This document shows positions 48,355 through 59,297 of a stretch of DNA of 64,000 nucleotides, one piece after another. Origin of the DNA: Verrucomicrobiales bacterium (GTDB taxonomy: Bacteria; Verrucomicrobiota; Verrucomicrobiia; Verrucomicrobiales; V1-33); assembly GCA_031411295.1 (NCBI GenBank), contig JANOAV010000051.1, positions 32,001 through 96,000 on the forward strand. The letters are read 5' to 3'. The notes beneath the pieces were generated by a model that saw nothing but the letters and a program-made list of their open reading frames with translations, had not been told where the DNA came from and ran no database searches. The stretch's first letter is position 1. Each line of letters starts with the position of its first letter. Both the position numbers and the translations under genes were made by a program.

Positions 48355-49053
48355 ATGGCCGAAGACACCTCCCGCTCCGTTTACAAGAAAATGCCCACTG
48401 CTCCCTACTCCCCCACCCCGGGGTGTATCATCTTTGTGATTGGGGGCACCGCCATCATTGTGCTCATCTCCTGGTTCCTCTACGCGGGATTCAAGCAGGC
48501 AAAGGAAATCGCGAGCTTCACAGACTCCAAACCCATGGTCTTCGATGCTACCGCCGACGCCAGCAGCAAACTCCCTGCTATCCAACAAAGGCTGGCCGAT
48601 TACGCCAAAGCCATCGAGCAAAAGCAGGCCGCTACCGTGAGCCTCGGCCTCGAAGACCTCAACGTCCTCCTCAGCGCAGACCCCACCTTGGCCTCCATCA
48701 AAGACAACGTGCGGATGGAGAGCATCGGAGAGCGCGCCATCGCCAACATCAGTTTCCCGCTCAACGGAATTCGCGAACAACGCTATCTGAATGGCAAAAT
48801 AGAGTTTACCCCCATCGTGAAACCGTCCACCGGACTCACCGTCCAGACCGAAACCGTCTCGGTGCCCGGCAAGACTGTCTCCGAGGGGTTCATCAATCTT
48901 TACAAGGAGATGCATTACCTCGACGACATGCTGCTCAAAGCCTTCCGCGAGCACCCGGTCACCGGCCCTCCCTTGAAGAGCACCACGTCTGCATCCCTCA
49001 AGGACGGCAACGTCGTATTGGAGTATGATCCCAAGGTCGTCACTGGCCGCTAA
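48355..49053 (+). CDS. Hypothetical single-TM protein
   Basis: GCIIFVIGGTAIIVLISWFLY TM helix; host-like codon use. Confidence 0.75.
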   Translation: MAEDTSRSVYKKMPTAPYSPTPGCIIFVIGGTAIIVLISWFLYAGFKQAKEIASFTDSKPMVFDATADASSKLPAIQQRLADYAKAIEQKQAATVSLGLEDLNVLLSADPTLASIKDNVRMESIGERAIANISFPLNGIREQRYLNGKIEFTPIVKPSTGLTVQTETVSVPGKTVSEGFINLYKEMHYLDDMLLKAFREHPVTGPPLKSTTSASLKDGNVVLEYDPKVVTGR

Positions 49054-49151
49054 TTCGGCCCAGTGCCCATCTCCCCATTCCCCAACCAGCAAAATTCACA
49101 ATTCGACAAGCCCCCCGTTCGAATCTACCTTGCCCCTGCATTCCCCTACTT

Positions 49152-49988
49152 ATGAAGCCGATCTACTATGACAACCACATGCACACCCCCCTCTGCAAAC
49201 ATGCCGAAGGGGAGCCCGAAGAGTATGCCGAAATGGCCCTGCAACGAGGCTTGAAAGGCATCGTCATGACTTGCCACAGCCCCATGCCGGACAATTTCTG
49301 GCCGGAAGTCCGCATGTCCACAGAAGAATTTCCCCAATACGTCGAAATGGTCGCACGAGCCGCCAAGGTCTATGCGGGAAAACTCGACGTCCGCCTTGGC
49401 ATGGAGACAGACTACTTCCCCGGCATGGAATGGTGGGCCGAGAAACTCAACGAGCAGGCCAACTTCAACCACGTCCTCGGCTCCGTGCACTTCTTCAGCC
49501 CGGAGTATAAGGCCAAGTTCTGGAAAGGTGACGTCCTCGATTTCTACAAAACTTACTTCGGTCACGTGGCCGACAGCGCTGAAACGGGCCTCTTCGACAC
49601 GCTGGCGCACCCGGATCTCGTGAAGAATTTCTACCCCGAGCACTACGATTTCGAGAAACTCCAAGACACCATCGAAGGCACGTTGGATCGCATCGCCAAG
49701 ACCGGGGTCGCCATGGAATTGAACACCTCCGGCGTGCATAAAAAATACCCCGAACTCAACCCCGGCCCCAAATTCCTCAGCCTCATGAAATCGCGGAACA
49801 TCCCCGTGGTGCTCGGCAGCGATTCGCACAGCCCGCGTCGCGTCAGTGCCGACTTCAGCTACGCCATGGATGTCTTGGAGGAAGCCGGCTACACCAAAGT
49901 CAGTTATTTCCTGAACCGGAAACGCTTCGATGTGAATCTCAACGACGCGCGCGAATCTCTCCTGATCCGCCTCCCGCAGGCCGTGTGA
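49152..49988 (+). CDS. PHP-family histidinol-phosphatase (HisJ-like)
   Basis: DNHMHTPLCKHA, LGSVH, LAHPD, MELNTSG, GSDSH. Confidence 0.9.
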   Translation: MKPIYYDNHMHTPLCKHAEGEPEEYAEMALQRGLKGIVMTCHSPMPDNFWPEVRMSTEEFPQYVEMVARAAKVYAGKLDVRLGMETDYFPGMEWWAEKLNEQANFNHVLGSVHFFSPEYKAKFWKGDVLDFYKTYFGHVADSAETGLFDTLAHPDLVKNFYPEHYDFEKLQDTIEGTLDRIAKTGVAMELNTSGVHKKYPELNPGPKFLSLMKSRNIPVVLGSDSHSPRRVSADFSYAMDVLEEAGYTKVSYFLNRKRFDVNLNDARESLLIRLPQAV

Positions 49989-50149
49989 GGTTGCCTGGAT
50001 TTTACCCCACTTGCTTCCTGCCGCACCGATTCCCTCACTAGCCACTTTCGCGGCTCCCTCCAGTCCGCATTCCTGTAGCCGGACGCGACAGGCCTTGCCT
50101 TCCGTGCAATTCCGGGCTTAGGGTGATCAAATTTCATCCACTCCATCCC

Positions 50150-51622
50150 ATGCTAAGAATCCCCGGTATTGCTGGTAAAGACCTCTGTGACGCCAAACTC
50201 GGCGTTACTCGTCGGGACGTGTTGCGCGTTGGTGGCAGCGGCATGCTGGGACTGACCCTGGCGCAAATGTTCAAGGGCCAGAGTCTGGCGCAGGAGACAA
50301 AGCCCACAGGTGGCGGCCCCGGTTGGGGGAAAGCCAAGAGCGTGATTCTGGTCTATCTTCAGGGTGGCCCCAGCCACCTTGACTTGTGGGATCCCAAAGA
50401 AAATGTGCCGGACAATGTGCGGAGCGAATTCAAGCGCATCAGCACGAAGATCCCCGGAGTGCATTTCACCGAACTGTTGCCGAAGCTGGCCACGGTGAAT
50501 GATAAATTTACCACCATCCGCAGCATGGGCTACACGCCCAATGGCCTCTTCAATCACACGGCTGCCATTTATCAAATGATGACTGGCTACACCACGGACA
50601 AGGTAAGTCCGTCGGGCCAACTGGAGCCGCCCAGCCCCAAGGATTTCCCTAATTTCGGGTCCAACATCATTCGCTTGAAACCCAGCACAGAGCCCATGCT
50701 GCCGTTCGTGATGCTGCCGCGGCCACTCCAGGAATCCAATGTGGTCGGCAAGTCCGGCACCGCTGGTTTCTTGGGCAAGGCGTTCGACCCCTACACACTC
50801 TATCCCGATGGCGATGACATGGACATGGCCAAAATGGAGCGCATCAAAATTGACGATCTCCAACTGCGTCCCGATGTCTTCGCGCTGCGCCTCCAGCGTC
50901 GCGCCAGTCTGCGGAAAGCCTTGGACGCGCAAATGCCGGAATTGGAGAAAGCGGTGGCAGGATATCATTTGGATGAAAACTACGATCGCGCGCTGAACCT
51001 CATTGTCAGCGGTCGCGCCCGGGAAGCGTTCCATCTCAGCTCCGAACCGGACAAACTGCGCGACAGCTATGGTCGGAATACATTTGGTCAGAGCCTGCTG
51101 CTGGCACGACGCTTGGTGGAAGCTGGCACCCGCGTCGTGGAAGTCATCTGGCCCAAGGTGGCCAATTCTGATAATCACAGTTGGGACTGCCATGCTGGCC
51201 TCTTCAAACGCATGAAAGACCAGGCCGCTCCGATGCTCGATTCCGGACTCACGGCTCTCTTCACTGACTTGGATGAACGCGGCTTGCTGGACTCCACGTT
51301 AGTCGTGGCGGTGGGAGAATTTGGCCGCAGCCCGCAAAAGGGTGTCAGCACGTCCGGCAATGACAACACCCCGGACGGTCGGGACCACTGGCCGTATTGC
51401 TATACCTCCGTCATTGGCGGAGCGGGCATCAAACGCGGCTACGTCCATGGCGAGAGTGACAAAACAGGCTCCGCGCCATTAGTAGATCCCGTGCACCCCA
51501 GCGAACTACTGGCCACCATTTATCATGCCTTTGGGATTGACCCTAACACCATTGTGTATAATCATCTCAATCAACCGCGGGAACTGGTGAAAGCCGCTGC
51601 GGTTGGCAAACTCTTCACTTAA
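50150..51622 (+). CDS. DUF1501 domain protein
   Basis: Tat-like [53 protein letters not shown]. Confidence 0.92.
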   Translation: MLRIPGIAGKDLCDAKLGVTRRDVLRVGGSGMLGLTLAQMFKGQSLAQETKPTGGGPGWGKAKSVILVYLQGGPSHLDLWDPKENVPDNVRSEFKRISTKIPGVHFTELLPKLATVNDKFTTIRSMGYTPNGLFNHTAAIYQMMTGYTTDKVSPSGQLEPPSPKDFPNFGSNIIRLKPSTEPMLPFVMLPRPLQESNVVGKSGTAGFLGKAFDPYTLYPDGDDMDMAKMERIKIDDLQLRPDVFALRLQRRASLRKALDAQMPELEKAVAGYHLDENYDRALNLIVSGRAREAFHLSSEPDKLRDSYGRNTFGQSLLLARRLVEAGTRVVEVIWPKVANSDNHSWDCHAGLFKRMKDQAAPMLDSGLTALFTDLDERGLLDSTLVVAVGEFGRSPQKGVSTSGNDNTPDGRDHWPYCYTSVIGGAGIKRGYVHGESDKTGSAPLVDPVHPSELLATIYHAFGIDPNTIVYNHLNQPRELVKAAAVGKLFT

Positions 51623-51632
51623 ATTTAGCTGC

Positions 51633-52025
51633 ATGCTCCGCTTCGTTCTCTCATCCCTCCTGCTCTGCTGCCTCAGTAGTTGCGCCACCACTGGCTCCAC
51701 GGGAGGCGGGGAATCGTGCTGCTTGGTGGAGCCGGGTCGCCCGTCGCTCCTGATGCCCAACTCCAAGTCCAGCAAAGCGGCCTTGGAGCAATGGGTCAAC
51801 ACCCACGCTAACCACCTCTCCGCTTCCGGTGGAGCCAAGCCTCGTTTCGTCCTGCTGTATGTTGGCAAAGACCAGCGCATCAAGGATCAGATGCCATTAA
51901 CCGATCAAGCATCTCCCGCGGCTCCGCATAAACTAACAGAAAATGAAGTGAGTGACCTCCGGGCTTGTTTCCGCGGGGGGAAGACGGTGAAAGTGGATTG
52001 GGCTAGCAAACGCGTCATCCCTTAG
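51633..52025 (+). CDS. Hypothetical lipoprotein
   Basis: Lipobox LSSC after a hydrophobic stretch. Confidence 0.65.
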   Translation: MLRFVLSSLLLCCLSSCATTGSTGGGESCCLVEPGRPSLLMPNSKSSKAALEQWVNTHANHLSASGGAKPRFVLLYVGKDQRIKDQMPLTDQASPAAPHKLTENEVSDLRACFRGGKTVKVDWASKRVIP

Positions 52026-52190
52026 TTCGACTAGCAAGATACACCTAGTCCAGGGCTTGAACCCGGGGCACTTCCGGCTCCACGCAGGATGTTAGCGGGA
52101 CGACTTGCAGTCCGATGAAAACCAAGCAAGCCGCCCTGTGTCAGCAGGATTAGACTTGACCTTGAGCTTGATAGAAAGTTTCCTCACGGC

Positions 52191-53426
52191 ATGACGTGCT
52201 CACACCCTCTCCGACTATTATGCCTTGGTTTTTCAGCTTTGGCCTTCTGCGCTTGTGATAGCAAACCCTCGACCACCACGGGCACTCCCGCAGCGACTCC
52301 CGCAGTCAAAGCCAAGGCCGCACCAGTGATCCTCAAGGATGAAGCGCAGAGGGAGTTGCTGGCCAGCACGGCCGACGGGTGGGCGGAAAGCATCTCCGCA
52401 GGGAAGGCCGCAGAGGTATTACAGCAGTTCAAGATCGAAGAATTAATGAAGAATATCATCGCTGAGTTAGATCTGGAACCAAAGCTTCGTCGCGAGATGG
52501 AATCAGGCATCAACCGGGCGTTGCCAGGACTCCGAAACACCATGGCTGCGCAGTGGAAAGGAGCCGCCAAATTTCTTCGCGTAGTGGATACCGAAGACGG
52601 CACCGTAGCCAGGATTCGCATCGTCAGTGAAGGTGGCAGTTCCTATTTGGATTTCATTCCATTATTCGCAAAAGATGGCACCATTTCGTTTCTCGATTTA
52701 AACAACCGGAGCATGGGCACCCGGGTCAGCGATGCGATGAAACAAATGATGTCCACCGTGGCCCAATCCCTCCCCAAACAGCAAGGTGTGCTGGCTAGGT
52801 TATTGGGCGGCAGCGAGGCCTCCGAGGAGGATTCCAAACAGGTCATGGACTATATCGAGAGCATGAAGACGGACAAGAAGCATGCCGTGTCCTTGTATCC
52901 CAAATTGCCCATCGGGGTCCGCAAGAATCGGGCATTTTTCGCGACTTACCTACAGGCGGCCCTGACGTTGAACGACGAGGAAATCTACATGAAGGCCATG
53001 GAGGAAGGCCGGATGCGGTTTCCCAAAGACCCCGCTCTCACCTTCATGATGGTGGATTTCCATTACATGAAGCAGGACTTTGCGCAAGCCGATCAATGCG
53101 TAGTAGCCACTATAGAGGCTCTGGGGGAGGATGGGAATCTGTGGCATCTTTGTGCCTCGGTGCGTCGAGAGGGAGGAAACCTGGAAGGGGCTGATGAGGC
53201 CTACAAGAAAGCCATCGAACTTGAACCGGACATTTTCAACCATCACATGGTAGGCCTGCAAATCGCGGCGCAACGCAAGGATTACAAGGAGGTGGTAAAA
53301 CGATTGGAACTCGCCAATGAAGGAGTGGGTGAACAAATGATCTTGAAACCGTCGGGCGATCCTTATTTGGACGAAGCGATCAAAAGCGATGAATATCTGG
53401 CTTATGCCGCCAAGTTTGCGAAATGA
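52191..53426 (+). CDS. TPR-containing lipoprotein
   Basis: FCAC lipobox-like motif; C-terminal ADEAYKKAIELEP TPR-like helices. Confidence 0.7.
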   Translation: MTCSHPLRLLCLGFSALAFCACDSKPSTTTGTPAATPAVKAKAAPVILKDEAQRELLASTADGWAESISAGKAAEVLQQFKIEELMKNIIAELDLEPKLRREMESGINRALPGLRNTMAAQWKGAAKFLRVVDTEDGTVARIRIVSEGGSSYLDFIPLFAKDGTISFLDLNNRSMGTRVSDAMKQMMSTVAQSLPKQQGVLARLLGGSEASEEDSKQVMDYIESMKTDKKHAVSLYPKLPIGVRKNRAFFATYLQAALTLNDEEIYMKAMEEGRMRFPKDPALTFMMVDFHYMKQDFAQADQCVVATIEALGEDGNLWHLCASVRREGGNLEGADEAYKKAIELEPDIFNHHMVGLQIAAQRKDYKEVVKRLELANEGVGEQMILKPSGDPYLDEAIKSDEYLAYAAKFAK

Positions 53427-53630
53427 TATCGCAGCCCCTGAGCGAAGTGCCCCATGTCCGATTCGGCATCAATTCGGACCGATTTGCCGGAGACTAACAA
53501 ACGCGTTCGGGGCCACCATTTGGTGGGTAGTTCTGCTAATACTTGGGCGAAGCTCATGGGTTTTTGGACGGTGCTATCTTCTTTAAAATCACTTGGATCG
53601 GTGTTTTGTCAATGATCGTGGTAGGAACGC

Positions 53631-53667
53631 AAAACAGGCCGGGGAGCTTGCGCTCTCCGGCCTGTTG
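53631..53667 (-). terminator. Second copy of the pnp terminator
   Basis: aacaggccgg...ccggcctgtt hairpin, near-identical to 59218..59255. Confidence 0.8.
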
Positions 53668-53709
53668 TTTGATGTTGGGGCTGATGGGCGAGACGCCCAT
53701 GCCACGGCT

Positions 53710-54245
53710 TTATTCGGCGGCGGGGGCTTCCGCTGCTGCGGGCGCTCCGTTGGCGGCGGCGGCATCGGCCAGTTCCTTTTCACGCTCCTTAAGGACGGCT
53801 CGGCGGGACATTTTCACGCGGCCTTTTTCGTCGATGCCGACGCATTTGGCGGTTACGGTGTCGCCCACTTTGACGATGTCTTCAACGTATTGGACGCGGA
53901 AGTCGGCTAGTTCACTGATGTGGATCAGGCCGTCTTTGCCAGGGAAGATGCTCATGAAGGCTCCGAAGTCTTTGGTGCTGACGACTTTGCCGGTCTAGGT
54001 CATGCCGATTTCCACTTCTGCGAAGAGGTTGCGGATCATGGCTACAGCGCGCTCCATACCTTCGCGCTTGATGGCGTAAACGTGGACGGTGCCGTCTTCC
54101 TCGATGTCGATCTTGGCGCCAGACTCGGCTTGGATGCCTTTGATGACTTTGCCGCCTGGCCCGATGAGTTCACCGATACGATCTTGGTCGATCTTGATGG
54201 TTTCGATCCGTGGGGCAAATGGGCTGATTTCGCCTGGAGCGGCAA
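53710..54245 (-). pseudogene. pnp: Diverged duplicate of the pnp 3' end (KH+S1) with a nonsense codon
   Basis: Colinear with 59298..59830; many third-position changes; TAT>TAG at 53997-53995; no 5' part. Confidence 0.92.
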
Positions 54246-54265
54246 ACCAGCCACGGGGGGGTATC

Positions 54266-54700
54266 TCACGGAATCAAATGAAGGAAATCAAGCCCCGCAA
54301 AATGTCGAAAATCAGAATCAAAGGACACGAGTCGCGCACCCTGCTGCAAGGCAAAGGCCGCTAACCATGCATCAGTCCAGCGATGCGGGGTAAAAGCTGG
54401 GCTATCGGTCCAGGAAATGAACTGAGATTCCTCTGCTCCGGTTTCACCCAGAAAAATGACTTCCGGCAACTGTTGAAAATTTCTATAGGCAGACCATGCT
54501 TGTTGCGCCGTGAGTGGCGCTCCCCGCATCACTTTGTTGTTGGTCAACAGCCGTAGCAATCCTAACTCTGTAATCCGACAGAATGCAAGTTCAGGGGCAG
54601 ATTCCGAGTGCCAATACACTTTGGCCCGGTTGTGATGCTGATGTAAAGGGTCCACCAAGGAGAGCCAGACGTTCAAGTCCGGTAGATCAAGCACAGGCAT
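54266..54700 (-). CDS. vapC: VapC-family PIN-domain toxin
   Basis: LPDLNVW, FCRITELGLLRLLTN, WTDAWLAAFA, LVSFDSDF. Confidence 0.9.
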   Translation of the reverse strand: MPVLDLPDLNVWLSLVDPLHQHHNRAKVYWHSESAPELAFCRITELGLLRLLTNNKVMRGAPLTAQQAWSAYRNFQQLPEVIFLGETGAEESQFISWTDSPAFTPHRWTDAWLAAFALQQGARLVSFDSDFRHFAGLDFLHLIP

Positions 54701-54947
54701 CAGCCTCCTCCGCAGTGAGTATGTCCTCAATCTCAGCATTCGTCAGTGACGGATGCATCTGGCCACCAAATGATTGCAAACTGGGCAACGGACTACGTTG
54801 CCGCGAGGGAGAACCGCCTCGTTGACGCTTCGGCAAGCCAGAGCGGATCAATGACATCACGAGTTCCCTTAGCTCGGTCCCGCGCAAAGCTGATTCTGCT
54901 TCTAGGTCTTGGTAAAGGTCATCGGGTAAGTCTAGTGTGGTGTTCAT
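54687..54947 (-). CDS. vapB: VapB-like antitoxin
   Basis: MNTTLDLPDDLYQDL...LRELV RHH-type start; overlaps the PIN gene. Confidence 0.85.
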   Translation of the reverse strand: MNTTLDLPDDLYQDLEAESALRGTELRELVMSLIRSGLPKRQRGGSPSRQRSPLPSLQSFGGQMHPSLTNAEIEDILTAEEADACA

Positions 54948-54953
54948 AGTGCC

Positions 54954-54982
54954 ACGCTACCTCAAGATCTTCCCTCGGTCAA
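54954..54982 (-). promoter_or_regulatory. Candidate leaderless promoter of the second vapBC
   Basis: Minus strand TTGACC (54982-54977), 17 nt, TAGCGT (54959-54954), 6 nt, ATG. Confidence 0.55.
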
Positions 54983-54985
54983 GCC

Positions 54986-55232
54986 GGAGCAAATGTCAGC
55001 CAGCGCAAACGCTGGCCATGGAGGTGGAGCCGTTGGACTCCATGACTTCGCTGCTGATCCGCATGGCGTAAGGGAAGTCTTCGACGTCTGGGATGACGGG
55101 AACGATGGACTTTTCAGCCAGCGCACCGTGTCCGATTTCGCGACGATTCTATCCACCCACCGCTAACACGGGGCCGGTTTCACCCACGGAGAATGGAGGG
55201 AAGTTGTAGTGCAGGATGAAACGCTTGGCGTT
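54986..55232 (-). pseudogene. pnp: Diverged internal pnp fragment (second RNase PH domain)
   Basis: Encodes [13 protein letters not shown]...[13 protein letters not shown]...[15 protein letters not shown], matching about 60116..60357, with an indel near 55150-55172. Confidence 0.9.
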
Positions 55233-55254
55233 GCGGCCAACGCTACTCCACACC

Positions 55255-57867
55255 TCACGGCACTCGGTGCAACCGATAAAACTGCCGCCCAAGGGGCCGC
55301 GCTTCCTCTAGTCGGTTCACGCCACCGCTTGTAGTCAAAGCACTCGGAACGCTTGGCTCTACCAGCTGCCAGGAGCCAGCCGTCAGGGAATCAGATGCTT
55401 CCAAACGCCAGCCACTCGCGGCACTTGGCCAGTGCAGGGAAACAGTGGTGTCGTGATTTTCTAACACGAGGGGCGGCTGCGGAATGGTGACGAAACGCAG
55501 GCCGTCCACCACCAGCTCGCATTCCGTCGAAGTGCGGCCCACTAAACCGAAATAAAACTCCACCGTCTGGCCCGCGTAGGCGGAAATATCCATCAGGTCC
55601 GTGCTCTGCACTTCACCTGCTGGCGCAAAACGGGCCGGGAGATTGAAGACATTTTGCCCACCCACTGCGGCGGCAATGCAATCATCCACAGGTGGACCAT
55701 TTACAGTGAAATCAAACTGCATCATGGCCGTATTTTCAGGAACCGCCAAGCTCAGCCAAGCCCCTGGCTCCGTGGGCGTAGGCGTGCCATTTCTCGCTAC
55801 CCGATACCCTCCAGTCGAGCTACCACCGCCTGAACTACCGCCTCCGCCTAGATGAATCTGAAATACGCTGCGCGAAATGCCGTCGATCAAACGCGTGGGA
55901 TTCAGGCTGTTTTTTATTTCGCTAGCCGTATCCTTGGCCGCATCCCAGCCTTCTCCGATTTTCTCCTTCGTGGTAGTATAAGCCTGCTGCGTCTTAATGA
56001 TAGCCGTGCCGCCTAGGTCGCCCGCCCAGTTGATTCCGGCTTGATAGGTATCTAGAATTTTATTGCCCGCTGCCGTTCCGACGTCGATCACAACGCCTCC
56101 TGCTGCTAGCGTTGCGTCCAATGGGACTTTTCCAATGGTGGCCGCAGTTTGAATTGAATATGTGCCGATGATTGAAATGTTACATTCTAGACTCGTGGGA
56201 TTTGGATCGAGCGACAGGTCTAGCAAGTCGGGTGTCGCCAGATTTTCAAACCACAAATTTCCCGCCGCAAGCCCATAACCGCTGGGAGGTAACACTCCTC
56301 CACGCTCGTAGGATTGTGGGAAACCTAACCTGGGCGAAAATGGAGGATGGGCCGAATTTCGATACCACAAATGCGCATACGCATGGGCATCGATGGGATT
56401 CTCAAAGGCAATCGCAGGAGTTGTTAAGCACACATTTACCGCCTGGGCGCGTTGGATGCCCACCATGGAAATGTAGCTATCAATCAACGCGGTTGGTGTC
56501 GCTGGAATGGGCGATTTCCAATCCTCGTAGGCCGTCACAGCGGCATTCCGTAAAGCCCCATACCAGCCGGAAGTGATGGCTCCGATAGTTGCGGAAGTAA
56601 TGACCCGCGTGCCGAGCACGCTGGCGAGTTCCGCCTCATCTAGCAATGTCATATGCGGTTTCGTTACGTCCGAGTTCCAACCAATTTCACCCCAATTCAT
56701 CGTCCCTCGTTGGTGGGCCACATCACACGCAAAGCGGTCCACTAGCGTGCCCATGCTGTGACCAATGAAATGAACGTGTTGGTTGTAATTGATACCTAAG
56801 CGCCTGCGCAGCGCCTTACCCAACAACTCACCCTGCTTCGAGGCGCGGCCTGGCCAGGGGGCAACGGAAGTCGCCTCGTTGTGCCAGTCCCACGCGAAGA
56901 TATTTGGCGCTGTTGCCAAGGTATTATTCTGAGATGCAAGAAATGCCATTTGTAGCGGCCAATCGTTGATCGGCCATTTCGTTACTTCAGATTCGTGCCC
57001 GATGCCAATAGGCCACCAGCCGTGGGACAACACGATGATCATCGCGTTAGGATTCACCACAGGTGATCCCACCGCACCCACAGGTTTCCATTGTCCGCTG
57101 GCGTAGATCATAAGCTGCGTTTCTGGTTGCCCTGCTTGTGGCTCTGGCGTGGTGGCAGCCGGATCATTCTTCTCCTTGTTCGTGGCCTGTCGCACCACGG
57201 TCTGCGTCGGTGGCGGAGCAGATAGCGGCTGCATTACTAAAGGCAGACTGCGGATACCTCCAGCAGCCCCGACAACGTTCTTGGCCAGCGTTACATAGCC
57301 AGGCTTCTGGGCGATCACCACGTAGTTCTGAGCCTTCATTTCCGGCGGATAAAAGGAACCGTCAGGCCCGGAAACTCCGCGCCACCAGGCTTGGCCGTAG
57401 ATTTTGATTTCGATGGAGGCCCCGCGCACCGCAGCCTCCGTGGTGGAAGTAATGATGCCATGCACCGCCAGCGCAGCGGGCATCCCAGCACGTGTATTAA
57501 TGGGAAATGTCTCCGTCGTTGTAGATACTAACATGGGAGAAACCGCCATCGTGCTGACATCGAAGTCACCAGTGGTCGTGGCTATGGCAGACCCGCTGTC
57601 CCGCGTATCCACGTCAAATAATGGCGTGACCACGGATGTGGAGACGGCATCTCCACGCGTATCCACGGAGAAATCCGGCGTTACCGTTGGCCTGGCGAAG
57701 TCTGTCTGGGCATCTGCTTTCGTAACCAAGAACAAGCAGAGACCTAGACAAAACCACCAGAACGCCACGTTGTGAGATGATGGCGCGGTGAGGATGTCTC
57801 CTTGGGGGATTTGCCCTCCCGCTTTGGGAATGCTCTGTGGCGGACGGTTCATGGGGGAGGCCACCAA
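55255..57867 (-). CDS. Secreted multidomain protein with a lipase-like alpha/beta-hydrolase motif
   Basis: Signal-like segment, four short TxxFxVDTR-like repeats, carboxypeptidase-regulatory-like domain, VLSHGW and HFIGHSMG (GxSxG), C-terminal LHWP...FYRL domain; start codon uncertain. Confidence 0.65.
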   Translation of the reverse strand: MVASPMNRPPQSIPKAGGQIPQGDILTAPSSHNVAFWWFCLGLCLFLVTKADAQTDFARPTVTPDFSVDTRGDAVSTSVVTPLFDVDTRDSGSAIATTTGDFDVSTMAVSPMLVSTTTETFPINTRAGMPAALAVHGIITSTTEAAVRGASIEIKIYGQAWWRGVSGPDGSFYPPEMKAQNYVVIAQKPGYVTLAKNVVGAAGGIRSLPLVMQPLSAPPPTQTVVRQATNKEKNDPAATTPEPQAGQPETQLMIYASGQWKPVGAVGSPVVNPNAMIIVLSHGWWPIGIGHESEVTKWPINDWPLQMAFLASQNNTLATAPNIFAWDWHNEATSVAPWPGRASKQGELLGKALRRRLGINYNQHVHFIGHSMGTLVDRFACDVAHQRGTMNWGEIGWNSDVTKPHMTLLDEAELASVLGTRVITSATIGAITSGWYGALRNAAVTAYEDWKSPIPATPTALIDSYISMVGIQRAQAVNVCLTTPAIAFENPIDAHAYAHLWYRNSAHPPFSPRLGFPQSYERGGVLPPSGYGLAAGNLWFENLATPDLLDLSLDPNPTSLECNISIIGTYSIQTAATIGKVPLDATLAAGGVVIDVGTAAGNKILDTYQAGINWAGDLGGTAIIKTQQAYTTTKEKIGEGWDAAKDTASEIKNSLNPTRLIDGISRSVFQIHLGGGGSSGGGSSTGGYRVARNGTPTPTEPGAWLSLAVPENTAMMQFDFTVNGPPVDDCIAAAVGGQNVFNLPARFAPAGEVQSTDLMDISAYAGQTVEFYFGLVGRTSTECELVVDGLRFVTIPQPPLVLENHDTTVSLHWPSAASGWRLEASDSLTAGSWQLVEPSVPSALTTSGGVNRLEEARPLGRQFYRLHRVP

Positions 57868-57876
57868 TATGTTTAG

Positions 57877-59052
57877 TTAAAGACCACGAACTGTGCGAAA
57901 GCCCACCAAAATATAGCTGGGCGCGCTATAAAATATTGGCTGATTTCCACTAGCTGGGGAAGTTAAATTGGCTACCGGATCGCCCCAACTCCCCCCTTTA
58001 ATAATTCTATAGCCGTTGGGGACTGTGCCGCCCTTAGGATCTAAAGAGGTTGATTCATTTCCACTGACCATGTCCCAACACCATTCCCACACATTCCCCA
58101 CCATGTCATATAAGCCAAAACCATTTACCATATTCGGGCCACTGGGCACTTGGTTTCCGTTGTAATAACCGACGGGCGTGATTCCTATTGCGGCCGTTTC
58201 AAATGGATCCCCGCTGTTGAAACCATTAGCCATACTCCCATCGATCGTATCTCCCCACGGATATTTCTTCCGGTCCAACCCGCCACGTGCAGCCCGCTCC
58301 CACTCAGCGGATGTTGGCAACCGATAGCCATTGGCAGCCCAATTCACGGCTTCATTAACGAGGTCCAAATCTCCTGTTCGATATCACTGCGATTTGGCTG
58401 CATCGGTGTAGTAACACGGATTCAACCCTTCTTTCTCACTCCTAGCATTACACCATTTGACGACTTCCGACCATCTTACTGTCTGCACTGGATGATTGGG
58501 GCCAACGAAGGCTCCAGGGAATCCAAAATTATATCCATGCGCCAAAGCCCAATTTTTCACCTCGGTCCACGACTGACCACTGGTTTCAGTGCGGTCCATG
58601 AAATACCCCTTAGTAAGCTCCACTTGCCCACCAATGCTTGTAGCATCCACATAACCCATAACAAACGTCCCATTAGGCACATAAACCATCCCCAACGGTG
58701 GCACGGGGGTGGAGCCATCGTGGACCCAGAGGCGGGCTTTGCAGGTGGGGGACCAGTTGCCGTTCCAGTCTTTGCCCGCATCCCATGTTAGCACGCGTCC
58801 AGTGCCTGGTGCCACTCCTGGCCCCACGGCTCCACTGAGGCTCTTCACAGGCAGATCATAAGTCACTCCGCTGTTCGCAGAAATTTCCACCTGCACCGTG
58901 AGCGATCCACTATCCGGGTCCGCCACATCGTAAGTAATATCAACCAGCTTCGTCCCCGCGCGCTGCGCGGCATGGAGATTAGAGACCACAGGAGGTGCCG
59001 CGTAGGAAGCAGTAAGCGAGGCCAAGGCACAGAATAAAATGAGGCGATTCAT
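57877..59052 (-). pseudogene. FGE-sulfatase (SUMF1-like) domain gene interrupted by one in-frame TGA
   Basis: ORFs 58384..59052 and 57877..58368 share a frame: ...AKSQ*YRTGDLDL...; motifs HPVQTVRW, YRLPTSAEWE, GLYDMVGNVWEW, GGSW, GFR. Confidence 0.85.
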
Positions 59053-59132
59053 GCTGATTGCATAACTTTATTTATCTCTTCAAACAAGAACCATTTTTTC
59101 TCATTTTGGCTGAATATCAGTATTCGGCCCTC

Positions 59133-59200
59133 AGATGGACCGCACAGTCCCCTGCGCGGCTTATCATGCTCCGCCGCACAGAGGACTGTGCGGACCACCT
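59133..59200. repeat. REP-like inverted doublet
   Basis: ggaccgcacagtcccctgcgcgg ... ccgcacagaggactgtgcggacc. Confidence 0.65.
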
Positions 59201-59217
59201 TGGGGCCTGACAAAACG

Positions 59218-59255
59218 CAAACAGGCCGGGCAGCTTGCACTCTCCGGCCTGTTTG
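59218..59255 (-). terminator. Intrinsic terminator of pnp
   Basis: caaacaggccgg...ccggcctgtttg stem about 40 nt after the pnp stop. Confidence 0.8.
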
Positions 59256-59297
59256 TTTGTGTTCGGGTGTCGGGGCAGGCTGCCCCGGCTCCTTTGA

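Noticed and set aside
52046..52069. tRNA-like T-arm (minus strand CCGGGTTCAAGCCCTGG) with an upstream CTGCAAG loop
   Set aside because: No acceptor stem or proper anticodon stem can be formed; more likely a REP-like hairpin.
53710..53955. Stand-alone 81-aa S1-domain gene
   Set aside because: It is the part of the pnp remnant downstream of the nonsense codon; no evidence of its own promoter or RBS.
57877..58010. Diversity-generating retroelement target (the FGE/CLec C-terminus GGSW...GFR is a typical variable region)
   Set aside because: No template repeat, second copy of this region or reverse transcriptase seen in the window; remote targeting cannot be assessed from this sequence.
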